Source: Desulfuromonadales bacterium
GTDB taxonomy: Bacteria; Desulfobacterota; Desulfuromonadia; Geobacterales; Pseudopelobacteraceae
DNA: 64,000 bases
Direction: 5' to 3'
NCBI GenBank assembly: GCA_013349325.1
Contig: DUZX01000002.1
Coordinates: forward strand, 107,987 to 171,986
Shown here: positions 7,004-15,719 of the stretch, piece after piece
Numbering within the stretch: position 1 is the first letter of the stretch
How the letters are laid out: each line of letters begins with the position of its first letter
Position numbers and translations under genes: made by a program
The notes under the pieces: generated by a model
What the model saw: only the letters and a program-made list of their open reading frames with translations
What the model was told of the DNA's origin: nothing
Database searches by the model: none

Positions 7004-7774
7004 CTATCCGAAACTTTTTACGAGTGAGCTGATGACCAGACCCCAGCCGTCAACCAGCACAAACAGCAGGATCTTGAACGGGAGCGAAATCATAACCGGC
7101 GGCAGCATCATCATACCCATCGACATCAAGACCGATGCCACCACCATATCTACCACGATAAAGGGGATGTAGATCAGAAAGCCGATTTGGAAGGCCGTGC
7201 GCAACTCCGAAATCATGAAGGCCGGGATGATCGTCAGGGTCGGGATATCGGCTGAATTTTTAGGTCGCGGGAGCTTGGAAAGACTCACAAACAGAGACAG
7301 ATCTTTTTCACGGGTCTGGGAAAGCATGAAGTTACGCACCGGTGTGACGGCACGATCAAAGGCCTGTTCCTGGGTAATCTGCTGGGCTTTCCAGGGTTGG
7401 TAGGCATCTTTGTTGATCTGCTGCCAGACCGGCGTCATGATGAAAAACGTCAGGAACATCGAGAGTGACAGGATGATCTGGTTGGAGGGGGCCGACTGGG
7501 TTCCCATGGCGGTCCGCAGAAAAGAAAGCACCACCGAAATACGGGTAAAGGAGGTGGTCATGATCAGCAGTCCCGGCGCCAGCGTCAGGACGGTCAGAAG
7601 CAGGAATATCTGGATGGTCGTGGTTACGTCATTCGGTTTGGTGGCGGTGCCGACTCCGATGCTTAATGAGGGGATCGGTACCGGTGCGGCATAGGCGAAA
7701 GCTCCTGCAGCCAGTAGCAGTGCGGTCAGCGCAAAGGTAAACAGTGAACGCTGTGTGAAGTAGCGACGGGTCAT
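7004..7774 (-). CDS. fliP: Flagellar export apparatus protein FliP
   Basis: 256 aa with a signal peptide and the conserved FliP core ...IPAFMISELRTAFQIGFLIYIPFIVVDMVVASVLMSMGMMMLPP... Confidence 0.9.
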   Translation of the reverse strand: MTRRYFTQRSLFTFALTALLLAAGAFAYAAPVPIPSLSIGVGTATKPNDVTTTIQIFLLLTVLTLAPGLLIMTTSFTRISVVLSFLRTAMGTQSAPSNQIILSLSMFLTFFIMTPVWQQINKDAYQPWKAQQITQEQAFDRAVTPVRNFMLSQTREKDLSLFVSLSKLPRPKNSADIPTLTIIPAFMISELRTAFQIGFLIYIPFIVVDMVVASVLMSMGMMMLPPVMISLPFKILLFVLVDGWGLVISSLVKSFG

Positions 7775-8190
7775 GATGTCTGTCTCAAGCGGGCCAGGAT
7801 ACCGGCGAACGTACGTTGTTCCGTTCTATCTTCTATTATTTCAATGTCTTCCAACATGTCGATCCGTTTAATGAAGCTTATTGTTGTTTCACTGCTTGCC
7901 AAAAGAAGATATTCACCACCAACTTCCACCAGCAGCAGGGCGCGTTTTGGCCCAAGATAGCGGGATTCAACCAGACGGATATGCTTCGCGATCAGATGTT
8001 GCCCGGCCGGCAGCCCGCGCATCAACTTGCTGGAGTAATGCCAGGTGACCAGAATCAGGCCGACGACAAAGGCCAGTGCAGCGATCATTTGCAGAAAACT
8101 GGCCAGAAAACTGAACTGCTGTCCGGATGTGTCGGCAGCAGCGGCTATGCAGGGAAACAGGATCAGCAGGGTAACAACCGCTGCTTTCAC
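7771..8190 (-). CDS. fliO: Flagellar biosynthesis protein FliO/FliZ
   Basis: 139-aa single-pass membrane protein between fliN and fliP. It has 4-nt overlaps with both neighbours. Confidence 0.7.
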   Translation of the reverse strand: MKAAVVTLLILFPCIAAAADTSGQQFSFLASFLQMIAALAFVVGLILVTWHYSSKLMRGLPAGQHLIAKHIRLVESRYLGPKRALLLVEVGGEYLLLASSETTISFIKRIDMLEDIEIIEDRTEQRTFAGILARLRQTS

Positions 8191-8486
8191 AGAACTTTCT
8201 CCACCCGCTCATTGGGACTGACGATATCTACCAGGCGGACGCCGAACTTTTCGCTTACGACCACCGCTTCACCACGGGCTACCAGCTTCGAGTTTACGAA
8301 GATATCCAGCGGTTCGCCGGCCAGTTTGGTCAACTCGACAACCGAACCCTGGTTGAGTTGCAGGATATCCCGCACCAGTAGCTTGGTCCTCCCCAACTCT
8401 ACGGTCACCTGGAGAGGTATGTCCAGGATGAAGTCGAGATTCTTTTTATCCGGGCTTATATCGACTGCTTCAGAATTATCACTCAC
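8187..8486 (-). CDS. fliN: Flagellar motor switch protein FliN
   Basis: 99 aa. SpoA domain: LDIPLQVTVELGRTKLLVRDILQLNQGSVVELTKLAGEPLDIFVNSKLVARGEAVVV. Confidence 0.9.
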   Translation of the reverse strand: MSDNSEAVDISPDKKNLDFILDIPLQVTVELGRTKLLVRDILQLNQGSVVELTKLAGEPLDIFVNSKLVARGEAVVVSEKFGVRLVDIVSPNERVEKVL

Positions 8487-8498
8487 GCACGCCTCCTC

Positions 8499-9473
8499 TC
8501 ACTTGTAAATCTTGCTGATCTGAATGGCCTGATTGCCGTGCCGGATACCCGGTATACTGAAATATTTGGGGACACCTTCGACCTTGACCAGCATATCGCC
8601 GGATGCTTCCTTGTCGAGCATAATGGTATCGCCGGGAGCCAGATCCAGCAGTTCACGCAGGGTGATACTGGCATTGCCCAATTCCACTGTCACTTCCATC
8701 GGTGCCTCCAGCACACCCGTTGCCAGCCGATTCGACCACTGCGGATCGACCGCCATCAAATCGAATTGCACCCCGGATCTGAGCTTGTCCTTGATCGGGT
8801 CGATAGTTGTGTAGGGTACTGCAAACATCATATTGCCGGAGATGTCATCCATCTGCAGCTTGAGTGTCATGGTTATAATTTCATACTCGGGCGGAATAAT
8901 GTTGAGCAGCCGTGGATTCATCTCCATTCTGAGCAGGCTGATTTTAGTCGCATAGAGAGGAGCCCAGGCTTTTTCAAGGTCCTGCAGAACATCCCCGACA
9001 ACTTTTTCCATCAGACGCAGTTCGATGGTGGTGAACATGCGGTTGGCGACCGGTACCTTGGCACTGCCGCTCCCCCCCAAAAGGCTGTCAATCAGCGACA
9101 GTACCATACTGCTGTCAAAAGAGATCAGCGCCACCCCTTTGAGTGGCTCGATCTTGAAGATGCCCATGCAGACCGGGGTAGGCAGGGTCGCGAGGAATGC
9201 TTCAAACTTGTAGGAGCGTGCTCCCACCTTCTTGATTTCGACCGCTCTGCGCAGGCGGTTGGAGAGGGTAATTCGATTGTAGCGGATTAAGTTGTCGTAG
9301 ATGATGTCAAGATTGGGGACGGAGCCTTTGTGACCTTCCGTGTTGACCAGGTCATAGAGTTCAACACCGCCATCAACTTTGGAAAGCTCTTTTTCAGGCG
9401 TGATGCGACCTTCAAAGACGGCATTCAGCAGCCCTTCAATCTCTCCCTTGGTAAGAATCTTCTCTGCAGACAC
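8499..9473 (-). CDS. fliM: Flagellar motor switch protein FliM
   Basis: 324 aa. N-terminal LTKGEIEGLL (CheY-P-binding-like peptide) and a C-terminal SpoA-like domain. Confidence 0.9.
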   Translation of the reverse strand: MSAEKILTKGEIEGLLNAVFEGRITPEKELSKVDGGVELYDLVNTEGHKGSVPNLDIIYDNLIRYNRITLSNRLRRAVEIKKVGARSYKFEAFLATLPTPVCMGIFKIEPLKGVALISFDSSMVLSLIDSLLGGSGSAKVPVANRMFTTIELRLMEKVVGDVLQDLEKAWAPLYATKISLLRMEMNPRLLNIIPPEYEIITMTLKLQMDDISGNMMFAVPYTTIDPIKDKLRSGVQFDLMAVDPQWSNRLATGVLEAPMEVTVELGNASITLRELLDLAPGDTIMLDKEASGDMLVKVEGVPKYFSIPGIRHGNQAIQISKIYK

Positions 9474-9484
9474 GTGAGCAGACC

Positions 9485-10075
9485 TTACTGCACTACAAAA
9501 TCGGTGAAGTATACCTTGGCAATCTTACCGGGTGGAATATGTTTGTTGATTGCTCCCAGGATCTCATCCTTCAGGTTGTTCTTACCCTGTACATCCTGTA
9601 CATCCTGCAGCGTTTTTGCACTCAGCAGCACCAGAACAGCATCACGAATCGGAGCCAGACGCCCTTCAATCTCGGGCTTTATGGCGGCGCTCACCATCTC
9701 AAGCTCTACTTTGACCTTAAGATAACGCAGCTCCTGTCCATCATAAATATTAACTATAAAGGGATCCAGGGCGTAGATGTTTGTGGCTGCGCCACCTGCC
9801 GCCGGAGCAGCGCCATGCCCGCCGGCCGCCGGAGCAGCGCCATGCCCACCGGCTGCCGGAGCAGCAGCGCCATGGCCGCCAGCAGCCTCTGTCGTGGCAG
9901 CTTCGCCCTCTTTTTTTGCTTTTTTATCCCCTTTGCCGAGCATCATGAAAGCGGCAACACCCAGAACCAGTACCAGTACCACGGCACCGCCGATAATCAT
10001 CATCATTTTTTTCTTGCTGCCACCGCCACCTTCTTCGACTTCGCCTTCAGGGGCGGCGTGCTCTTCTTTGGCCAT
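9485..10075 (-). CDS. fliL: Flagellar basal-body-associated protein FliL
   Basis: 196 aa with a single TM segment. The C-terminal FliL core is ALDPFIVNIYDGQELRYLKVKVELEM...KVYFTDFVVQ. It lies upstream of fliM. Confidence 0.85.
   Translation of the reverse strand: MAKEEHAAPEGEVEEGGGGSKKKMMMIIGGAVVLVLVLGVAAFMMLGKGDKKAKKEGEAATTEAAGGHGAAAPAAGGHGAAPAAGGHGAAPAAGGAATNIYALDPFIVNIYDGQELRYLKVKVELEMVSAAIKPEIEGRLAPIRDAVLVLLSAKTLQDVQDVQGKNNLKDEILGAINKHIPPGKIAKVYFTDFVVQ
9797..9880. repeat. 27/27/30-nt tandem repeat inside fliL
   Basis: The unit tgccgccggagcagcgccatgcccgcc occurs about 3 times. It encodes AAGGHGAA(A)P x3 in the post-TM linker. Confidence 0.8.
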
Positions 10076-10201
10076 GGTTTTCCTCCGATACGAGTGGTGA
10101 TAAAAAAGTCAAATAAATGACTTTTGATCGGTATGCAAAAATCGCGTCATACTATATCTAAAGGGCGTGGTTATGCAACATTCAAGTTTTTACAGGATGG
10201 C

Positions 10202-10239
10202 CTGCGACGCGACCGGTGATGAAACCGGTCACGCCGCAG
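10202..10239 (-). terminator. Imperfect GC-rich hairpin downstream of flgE (possible attenuator or RNA-stabilising element, with no U-tract)
   Basis: Minus strand: CTGCGGCGTGACCGGTttcatcACCGGTCGCGTCGCAG, 23 nt after the flgE stop. Confidence 0.3.
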
Positions 10240-10261
10240 GGTGATCTGTTGCGTACCGATG

Positions 10262-11212
10262 CTACTGTTTGAGGTTCAGCAGTTCCTGAGTCATCTGGTC
10301 AGCAGTAGTGATGGTCTTGGAGTTGGCCGAGTAGGCCCGCTGGGTCAAAATCATCTTGACGAACTGGGCCGCCATATCGACGTTGCTCTGTTCGAGTGAA
10401 CTGGAGAAGATTCTTTCAGTTGTGGCCGTGCCGCCGGTAACGGCGCCGGTGACCGGATCAACGGTACTGCTATAGGTTGCACTGTACATTCGCGGTGCGG
10501 CCGCAAGCGGTACGCCTGTCGTCGCTGAGGTCGGTTTGTAAATACTGCCGCCGGATTTTTCGAGATAGTTTTTGCCGGGGATGTTGAGAGTGCCGATTTT
10601 CTTGGCTTCGGCTTGAACTTGCGTTCCTCCGGGCGTAGTACGGTCATAGTAGGCTGCAGTGTTGTCAAAACGGAGAAAAGTTATGCGCCCCTGCGGGTCA
10701 ATACTGGAGATTCTGACAAAGTCGGTGTTCACAGGGGGATCGTTTGTTTGGAATACGATCGGGTTCCCATCTTCGTCAAGAACCCGCAAACCATCAGGAT
10801 TGGTCAGATACTTGTCAGAAATTATTGTCGGATCAGGATTGATTCGGAACGAGCCGGCACGGGTGTAGCTGGCCGCCATTCCGGTAATTGGTATGCCGGC
10901 CGGCGAATCAACCGCTCCGAGGACAAAGAAACTTTCTCCCTGAATTGCAAGGTCAGAGGCGTTTTCGGTCGTCTCGAATGAGCCCTGACTGAAGGTGTTA
11001 TCGATTTTCTGAATCTGGACGCCGCGGCCGATCTGATTGTTCGATCCGACGGTGTTGCCGACCGTTACCGAAAGCAGATCCGAAAAGCCTACCCGGCTTC
11101 CTTTGAAACCGACGGTGTTGACGTTGGCAAGATTGCTGCCGATGACGTTGATGCCTTCTGAATTGGCCAACAGACCGGATACGCCGGTATATAATGCTGA
11201 TGTAACGCTCAT
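10262..11212 (-). CDS. flgE: Flagellar hook protein FlgE (short form)
   Basis: 316 aa. N-terminal ALYTGVSGLLANSEGINVIGSNLANVNTVGFK and C-terminal SSLEQSNVDMAAQFVKMILTQRAYSANSKTITTADQM rod/hook signatures. Confidence 0.85.
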   Translation of the reverse strand: MSVTSALYTGVSGLLANSEGINVIGSNLANVNTVGFKGSRVGFSDLLSVTVGNTVGSNNQIGRGVQIQKIDNTFSQGSFETTENASDLAIQGESFFVLGAVDSPAGIPITGMAASYTRAGSFRINPDPTIISDKYLTNPDGLRVLDEDGNPIVFQTNDPPVNTDFVRISSIDPQGRITFLRFDNTAAYYDRTTPGGTQVQAEAKKIGTLNIPGKNYLEKSGGSIYKPTSATTGVPLAAAPRMYSATYSSTVDPVTGAVTGGTATTERIFSSSLEQSNVDMAAQFVKMILTQRAYSANSKTITTADQMTQELLNLKQ

Positions 11213-11319
11213 GGTGTTGCCTCCTTGTATGCGTTGGTGCTTCGGGGAAGAAGCGCGTCAATCGATCGGCGCTTCACGGGCTTCCTCGGGGAGGTCCAGC
11301 CCTGCCACTGTTGCTGTCG

Positions 11320-11703
11320 TTAAATAATTACTGCCGAATCAATATTGGTAAAGACGTTGCCCTTCATCTGCTGTTTATCAAGGGCCGTAACGACAGTGCG
11401 GTTTATTACGCTGACGACCAGCGCCGCATCACCCATCATGACCAGAGACTCTTTACCACCTTTTTGAGCTACGCTGCTGACGGCGCCTTCCAGATTGGCC
11501 AGGTCACTGGCAGAAAAATTAATATTGCGGGCTTTGAGTCTATCCTGTGCATGTTGCGAAAATTTGACCGCTTGTGCCGGCATTTTCTGATCGAGAACCT
11601 GTGCAAAAGGAGAGTTCACGGTCTGGCCGGTTGACGGCGTGTGCTGCGGACGCTCTGATCTGCCCGGTTGCAGCGGATTAGGAAATAAAATGGAGTCTAT
11701 CAT
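11320..11703 (-). CDS. Small flagellar operon protein (TIGR02530-like, between flgD and flgE)
   Basis: 127 aa: ...VKFSQHAQDRLKARNINFSASDLANLEGAVSSVAQKGGKESLVMMGDAALVVSVINRTVVTA... Both position and sequence resemble the family found between flgD and flgE in Firmicute-type operons. Confidence 0.55.
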   Translation of the reverse strand: MIDSILFPNPLQPGRSERPQHTPSTGQTVNSPFAQVLDQKMPAQAVKFSQHAQDRLKARNINFSASDLANLEGAVSSVAQKGGKESLVMMGDAALVVSVINRTVVTALDKQQMKGNVFTNIDSAVII

Positions 11704-11705
11704 TG

Positions 11706-12380
11706 CTACACTCCCTTGATGCCGATGACATCGGTCAGTGCAATTGAGGTTGAACCGATTGTCAGCACAGGTGTTCCGCTGGCCATGGAAACACCATCGA
11801 CCCGTCCGGTTGTGTAGGTTGATGCAATAGTCGATGTGCCACCGGCAGTTGTGCCGGTTGCGGAAAAACTGTAGGAACCGGCTGGCAGCTGGGCACCGTT
11901 ATTATCACGCCCATCCCAGCTATAGCTCGAATCGCCACTTTTTAAAGCCCCGGTTGTAATTGTCCTGACGAGGTTGCCGGCGGCATCCTTGATGGAAATC
12001 AGGGTTGAGTCGGTCGCCACGGTGTTACTGAATTTCACGGTAGCTGCTGAAGCCCCGTCCAGTGTTATTGCGTTGCCGTTGGCCGTGATATCTTTGCCGA
12101 TGAATGATACGGCAGATATACTCAAATTGTTGTTCTGAGCCGTGAGCAGTTTTTCCAGGGCGGTATTGCTGTTATACGACTGTTCTACCAGCGACAGCTG
12201 TGACAGCTGGTTCAGCATGGCGGTCGGGTCCTGTGGAGCCAGCGGATCCTGGTATTGCAGCTGTGCGATAAACAGCTTCATGAAATCATCCTTGTTCATG
12301 CCCATTGATTTTTTCATTGCTGCAGCGGCGGTTGTTGTTGATGTCGTAGCTGCTGCGTTTGCGGCTGTTACGGTTGACAT
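11706..12380 (-). CDS. flgD: Flagellar hook capping/assembly protein FlgD
   Basis: 224 aa. It has the FlgD motif DDFMKLFIAQLQYQDPLAPQDP and a C-terminal Ig-like/FlgD Tudor-like region. Confidence 0.9.
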   Translation of the reverse strand: MSTVTAANAAATTSTTTAAAAMKKSMGMNKDDFMKLFIAQLQYQDPLAPQDPTAMLNQLSQLSLVEQSYNSNTALEKLLTAQNNNLSISAVSFIGKDITANGNAITLDGASAATVKFSNTVATDSTLISIKDAAGNLVRTITTGALKSGDSSYSWDGRDNNGAQLPAGSYSFSATGTTAGGTSTIASTYTTGRVDGVSMASGTPVLTIGSTSIALTDVIGIKGV

Positions 12381-12397
12381 ATGTTATCACCTCGCTT

Positions 12398-14608
12398 TCA
12401 GTAGTGAATATCGAGCATCGAGCGCCCTTTGTTACTCTGGTACGCAGCTGCATCAGAGGGGAGATCGGCCTGGGCGGTAGCGTACCCGCGCGTGGAGGTC
12501 CAGAGCTGCTGTTGCTGCTGTTTTTTTGCAAGTTCCTGCCAGGCGTTCTGATTCTGCCCCGGAGTGCCGGAACCTTTTCCGCCGGTGGTTACGTCAAACG
12601 ATTCCATGGTGATGTTCTGGCGGGCCAATGTTTCTTTCAGCGTATCGACATGCTGCATAATCGCGTCCCGTGCGACTCGATTGTCGGTTACGATTTCAAC
12701 CGTCAAGCGTTGCCCCTGCAGACTCAGGTTCATCTTGACTTCTCCAAGATTCTCCGGAGAAAGCGCCAGTGAAATCTGTTGCGCTCCCGGTTTCAGCTCG
12801 TGCTGTGTCAGACGGTCCCATACCTGCCGGGCAATCTGTGCAGGTAACTCCTGTTGTGCCGGTTCAGCAGTGATTTTGGCCGAAGTTGCCAGCTGATGCT
12901 CTGTTTTCTGCTGAACGGAAAAAGCGGGCATCATGGTCTGATTGCCTGATTGCGAACGGCTATCGGTCTGTTCGCCTTCACGCCATGGAGAACCGTCTGG
13001 ATTTGCCGTTTCACCGGTTGGCACGACGTTCTGTTGTGCTGTTGTCATTTCTTTGACGGATGTTGCTGGCTGCGTTCTTGATTGCACGGCATCAACGGCT
13101 GTTTTCAGATCATGTTGAGTCGCGGTGCCTCGAAGAGCGCGCTGTCCGGGAGTCGTTCGAACATCAACAACAGCAGAAGCGGTCAGCTCAGCTGTCTCTG
13201 CTGCTGTCGCTGGTGCTTCAACGTGTGTTGCCGGTTGTTTCGTAATGAGTGAATTTACGGGGATGGCGGAAATTTCAGCATGAGACTTCTGTCCTCTTCT
13301 TTCTACGGTCTGCTCTGGTGTCACAACTTCCGGCGATGAGCCGGTATCCTGTTGTAGCTGTTGTGCAGCAGGCTGTAAGGTTTCTGCCGTAACAGGTGCG
13401 GGCGCCTCTGTGGATGGTGCGGTAACAGGCTGTTGTGGGACTTTTATCCCGGATTCAGAACCGTTTGCAGCCATTGCCGCAACAATTGTACGAGCTGCCG
13501 TGGCGGCTGAAAGAGCCGCTAAAGTAACCGGTCGTGGCTGGGAGAGTGCAATTTCAACCTCTGTTGGCGTCGGCAGAGCGGGTGCATTCCGTACGTTCTG
13601 TACTGACAATGGTTCGCTCGTTGGTGCGTTAACGGATTCAGAGGCTATCGGTTTCGCTACTACCTGAGCCGGGTCAAGCTGTTCAGTCTGCTCAGCCGTG
13701 ATATCAGCTGCACGTACATCAGGCTCGCTTGCGACCTCCGGCATTCTGCCGATGGTTTGGCGTTGTTGTTCAGCTGGCAAAGGTGGTTCCGCGACTGCCA
13801 TCGGTTCCATAGCGGGCACAGCAGCAGAAGCAACGGATGCTGGTTCTACGGGCGGTGCTGTTGTGACTGTCTGTACAGACAGCTGTTTTGCGGTATGGTG
13901 CGGCACTGCATCGGCCTGATATGCGGCCTGCAGCTTCTGCTGTGCAACAGTTCCTGCTGGTGTCGTTGTCCTCTCAAGCTGATCATTCTGATTTCCTGAG
14001 ACAGGGGTAACGGCTTGTTCTCTTTGCAGAGCCGCGAGCTGTGCAGGTACATTCTGTGCGCTGTCAACAACCTGTTTCGGTTGAAGCGTAGCTGCCGGCA
14101 TTCTGCCGGTCTGCTGCTGTGGTGTCGTGGGCTGGAACTCAGTTCCAGCTGGTGGCATTTCCTGCAGATGAGCGGTCTTTTCTGAATCTGCAAAAATCGT
14201 TGCGGCGTCATTCGTCTGACGTTGCTGAACTGAAAGCATGGCCGTTACATTCAGCGCAGAGTCATTGTTTTGACTTTGCGTGTGTGTTAGTTTACCTGCA
14301 TCACTGGTTGGCGCTGCAGGTGTGTTCAGCGTCATCTGTGCTGCGGCAGCGAATGCAGTCATGATCTGCTGCTCTGATGCCGAAATGTTACCCTCAACAG
14401 GTTCCGTCTCGGCGGCGCTGGACTGCTTTTCCGTCTCCAGAGCGGTTCTTCTTTCATTCAATAGCGCAGAAAAACCATCGCTGGAACCCTGCTCTCCCTG
14501 CTGCACCTGAGAAGCAAAAGCCGCCATCAAGGCCGGTTCGGGTGTGACCAGCTGCAGTACAGCCGGCATACTGTTCATACTCATTTGTCCTGTAGTCATA
14601 ATTTTCAC
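12398..14608 (-). CDS. fliK: Flagellar hook-length control protein FliK
   Basis: 736 aa. It has a long Q/A/T/P-rich ruler and a C-terminal T3S4/Flg_hook domain: LALSPENLGEVKMNLSLQGQRLTVEIVTDNRVARDAIMQHVDTLKETLARQNI. Confidence 0.85.
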   Translation of the reverse strand: MKIMTTGQMSMNSMPAVLQLVTPEPALMAAFASQVQQGEQGSSDGFSALLNERRTALETEKQSSAAETEPVEGNISASEQQIMTAFAAAAQMTLNTPAAPTSDAGKLTHTQSQNNDSALNVTAMLSVQQRQTNDAATIFADSEKTAHLQEMPPAGTEFQPTTPQQQTGRMPAATLQPKQVVDSAQNVPAQLAALQREQAVTPVSGNQNDQLERTTTPAGTVAQQKLQAAYQADAVPHHTAKQLSVQTVTTAPPVEPASVASAAVPAMEPMAVAEPPLPAEQQRQTIGRMPEVASEPDVRAADITAEQTEQLDPAQVVAKPIASESVNAPTSEPLSVQNVRNAPALPTPTEVEIALSQPRPVTLAALSAATAARTIVAAMAANGSESGIKVPQQPVTAPSTEAPAPVTAETLQPAAQQLQQDTGSSPEVVTPEQTVERRGQKSHAEISAIPVNSLITKQPATHVEAPATAAETAELTASAVVDVRTTPGQRALRGTATQHDLKTAVDAVQSRTQPATSVKEMTTAQQNVVPTGETANPDGSPWREGEQTDSRSQSGNQTMMPAFSVQQKTEHQLATSAKITAEPAQQELPAQIARQVWDRLTQHELKPGAQQISLALSPENLGEVKMNLSLQGQRLTVEIVTDNRVARDAIMQHVDTLKETLARQNITMESFDVTTGGKGSGTPGQNQNAWQELAKKQQQQQLWTSTRGYATAQADLPSDAAAYQSNKGRSMLDIHY

Positions 14609-14665
14609 CTCCTTTTTGTCTGGATTTTTTATGAGCGGGACAATTTCTGCTCATAAAATTTGAAT

Positions 14666-15256
14666 TTATTGCGGCCCCCGCAGGTTTGCGGATATCCACT
14701 TGACCAACCGTGGCTGGTTGATAAAGGGGGCCAGTTTTGCGAGTGCTTTCGTATCAAGCCGACCCAGAAGTGACAGCGCCAGATCTTCCTGCAGGGCATC
14801 AATGATACTGCCGGCCTGCTGACTTTTCATCGCTTTGACCAGCTTGATAATTTTGAGGGTATTTTCGTCCAGCTTTTTTTTCTGGGCATCAGACTGAGCT
14901 TTAAGGACGGCATCAATACGTTTTCTTGACTCTTCAAGCCCCTTAAGCTGTGCTTCCAGTTTCGCGCTCAGTTTTTTCAGTTCCAGCTCTTTGGCCGCCA
15001 GGGCGGCTTCTTTTTCTGCCAGCTGCTGACGGCGTGCGTCCTGCAGCGCCTTTTCTTCACGTGCAGCGTGGCTGGCGTTGAGCGGCACCTGACCGGTTTT
15101 ACTGGCCGTATCTGCTGTGGCGCTTTCTCCGGTACCTCGTGCGGCGGATTCCCCCTGGGCTGCAGGAGTGGCAGCACCAACCGGCAGCCCAGAGAGAACG
15201 AGCGCAATAACGGTAAGCAGAGCAGATGTCAAAAATATGGCTTTGATCGATTTCAT
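14666..15256 (-). CDS. Flagellar operon protein of the YlxF/MotE (MgtE_N-like) type
   Basis: 196 aa with a signal/TM segment, a coiled coil, and C-terminal ...IIKLVKAMKSQQAGSIIDALQEDLALSLLGRL... It occupies the ylxF position between fliJ and fliK. Confidence 0.5.
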   Translation of the reverse strand: MKSIKAIFLTSALLTVIALVLSGLPVGAATPAAQGESAARGTGESATADTASKTGQVPLNASHAAREEKALQDARRQQLAEKEAALAAKELELKKLSAKLEAQLKGLEESRKRIDAVLKAQSDAQKKKLDENTLKIIKLVKAMKSQQAGSIIDALQEDLALSLLGRLDTKALAKLAPFINQPRLVKWISANLRGPQ

Positions 15257-15696
15257 GTCGGTTCCGATTTTTTCTGGATTGAAATTTCGTCGAGAAAATT
15301 CCGCTCCTTGTGGGCCAGCTCTTTTCGGAATTCGATCTTATTTTTTTCTTTCAATGATTCAAGTACCTTTTTATCGCGACTGGCTTCCAAAAGGTCCAGA
15401 CGGCAATCGTTCATGACCAGATCAAGCTGTTCGACCTGCTCTTTTTTAGTTTTAATCTCTCCCCGTTTGCGCGCGAAAAAATCAGCATACATCCTGATTT
15501 CATCAATGGTGCCCAGCTCGCTTTGACAACAGCAGAACTCTTGAGTCAGTTCTTTGACGGCGTCTTCTTCGCGCTGAAGTTCCCGGGTTGCCAGTTCGTG
15601 TCCCTGTTGTGCGGCGATAAACTCTTGCGAACGGAGTTTTTCCATCTCGCAACGATATATCAGTACCCGTTCCAGCTTGAATGTCCTGGCAGCCAT
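15253..15696 (-). CDS. fliJ: Flagellar export chaperone/stalk protein FliJ
   Basis: 147-aa all-coiled-coil protein directly downstream of fliI. Confidence 0.75.
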   Translation of the reverse strand: MAARTFKLERVLIYRCEMEKLRSQEFIAAQQGHELATRELQREEDAVKELTQEFCCCQSELGTIDEIRMYADFFARKRGEIKTKKEQVEQLDLVMNDCRLDLLEASRDKKVLESLKEKNKIEFRKELAHKERNFLDEISIQKKSEPT

Positions 15697-15719
15697 GACT
15701 TATTCCCTCCGGCTCTGCT

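Noticed and set aside
10120-10180. A sigma54-like element (minus strand TGACGCGATTTTTGCAT) and sigma28/sigma70-like boxes in the flgE-fliL gap.
   Set aside because: The -24 element has GA instead of the essential GG. The sigma28 -10 (ACCGATCA) lacks a properly spaced TAAA -35. Too many equally weak alternatives exist for me to call a promoter.
12398-14608. Possibility that the very long Q/A/T/P-rich central part of fliK hides a separate gene or repeat array.
   Set aside because: It is a single uninterrupted frame with a recognisable FliK C-terminal domain. The low-complexity 'ruler' is expected for FliK, and I saw no exact tandem nucleotide repeats.
14609-14665. The hairpin TATGAGC...GCTCATA between the ylxF-like gene and fliK, considered as a possible terminator.
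   Set aside because: It has only a 7-bp AT-rich stem with a 12-nt loop. On the coding strand it is followed by an A-run, not a U-run.
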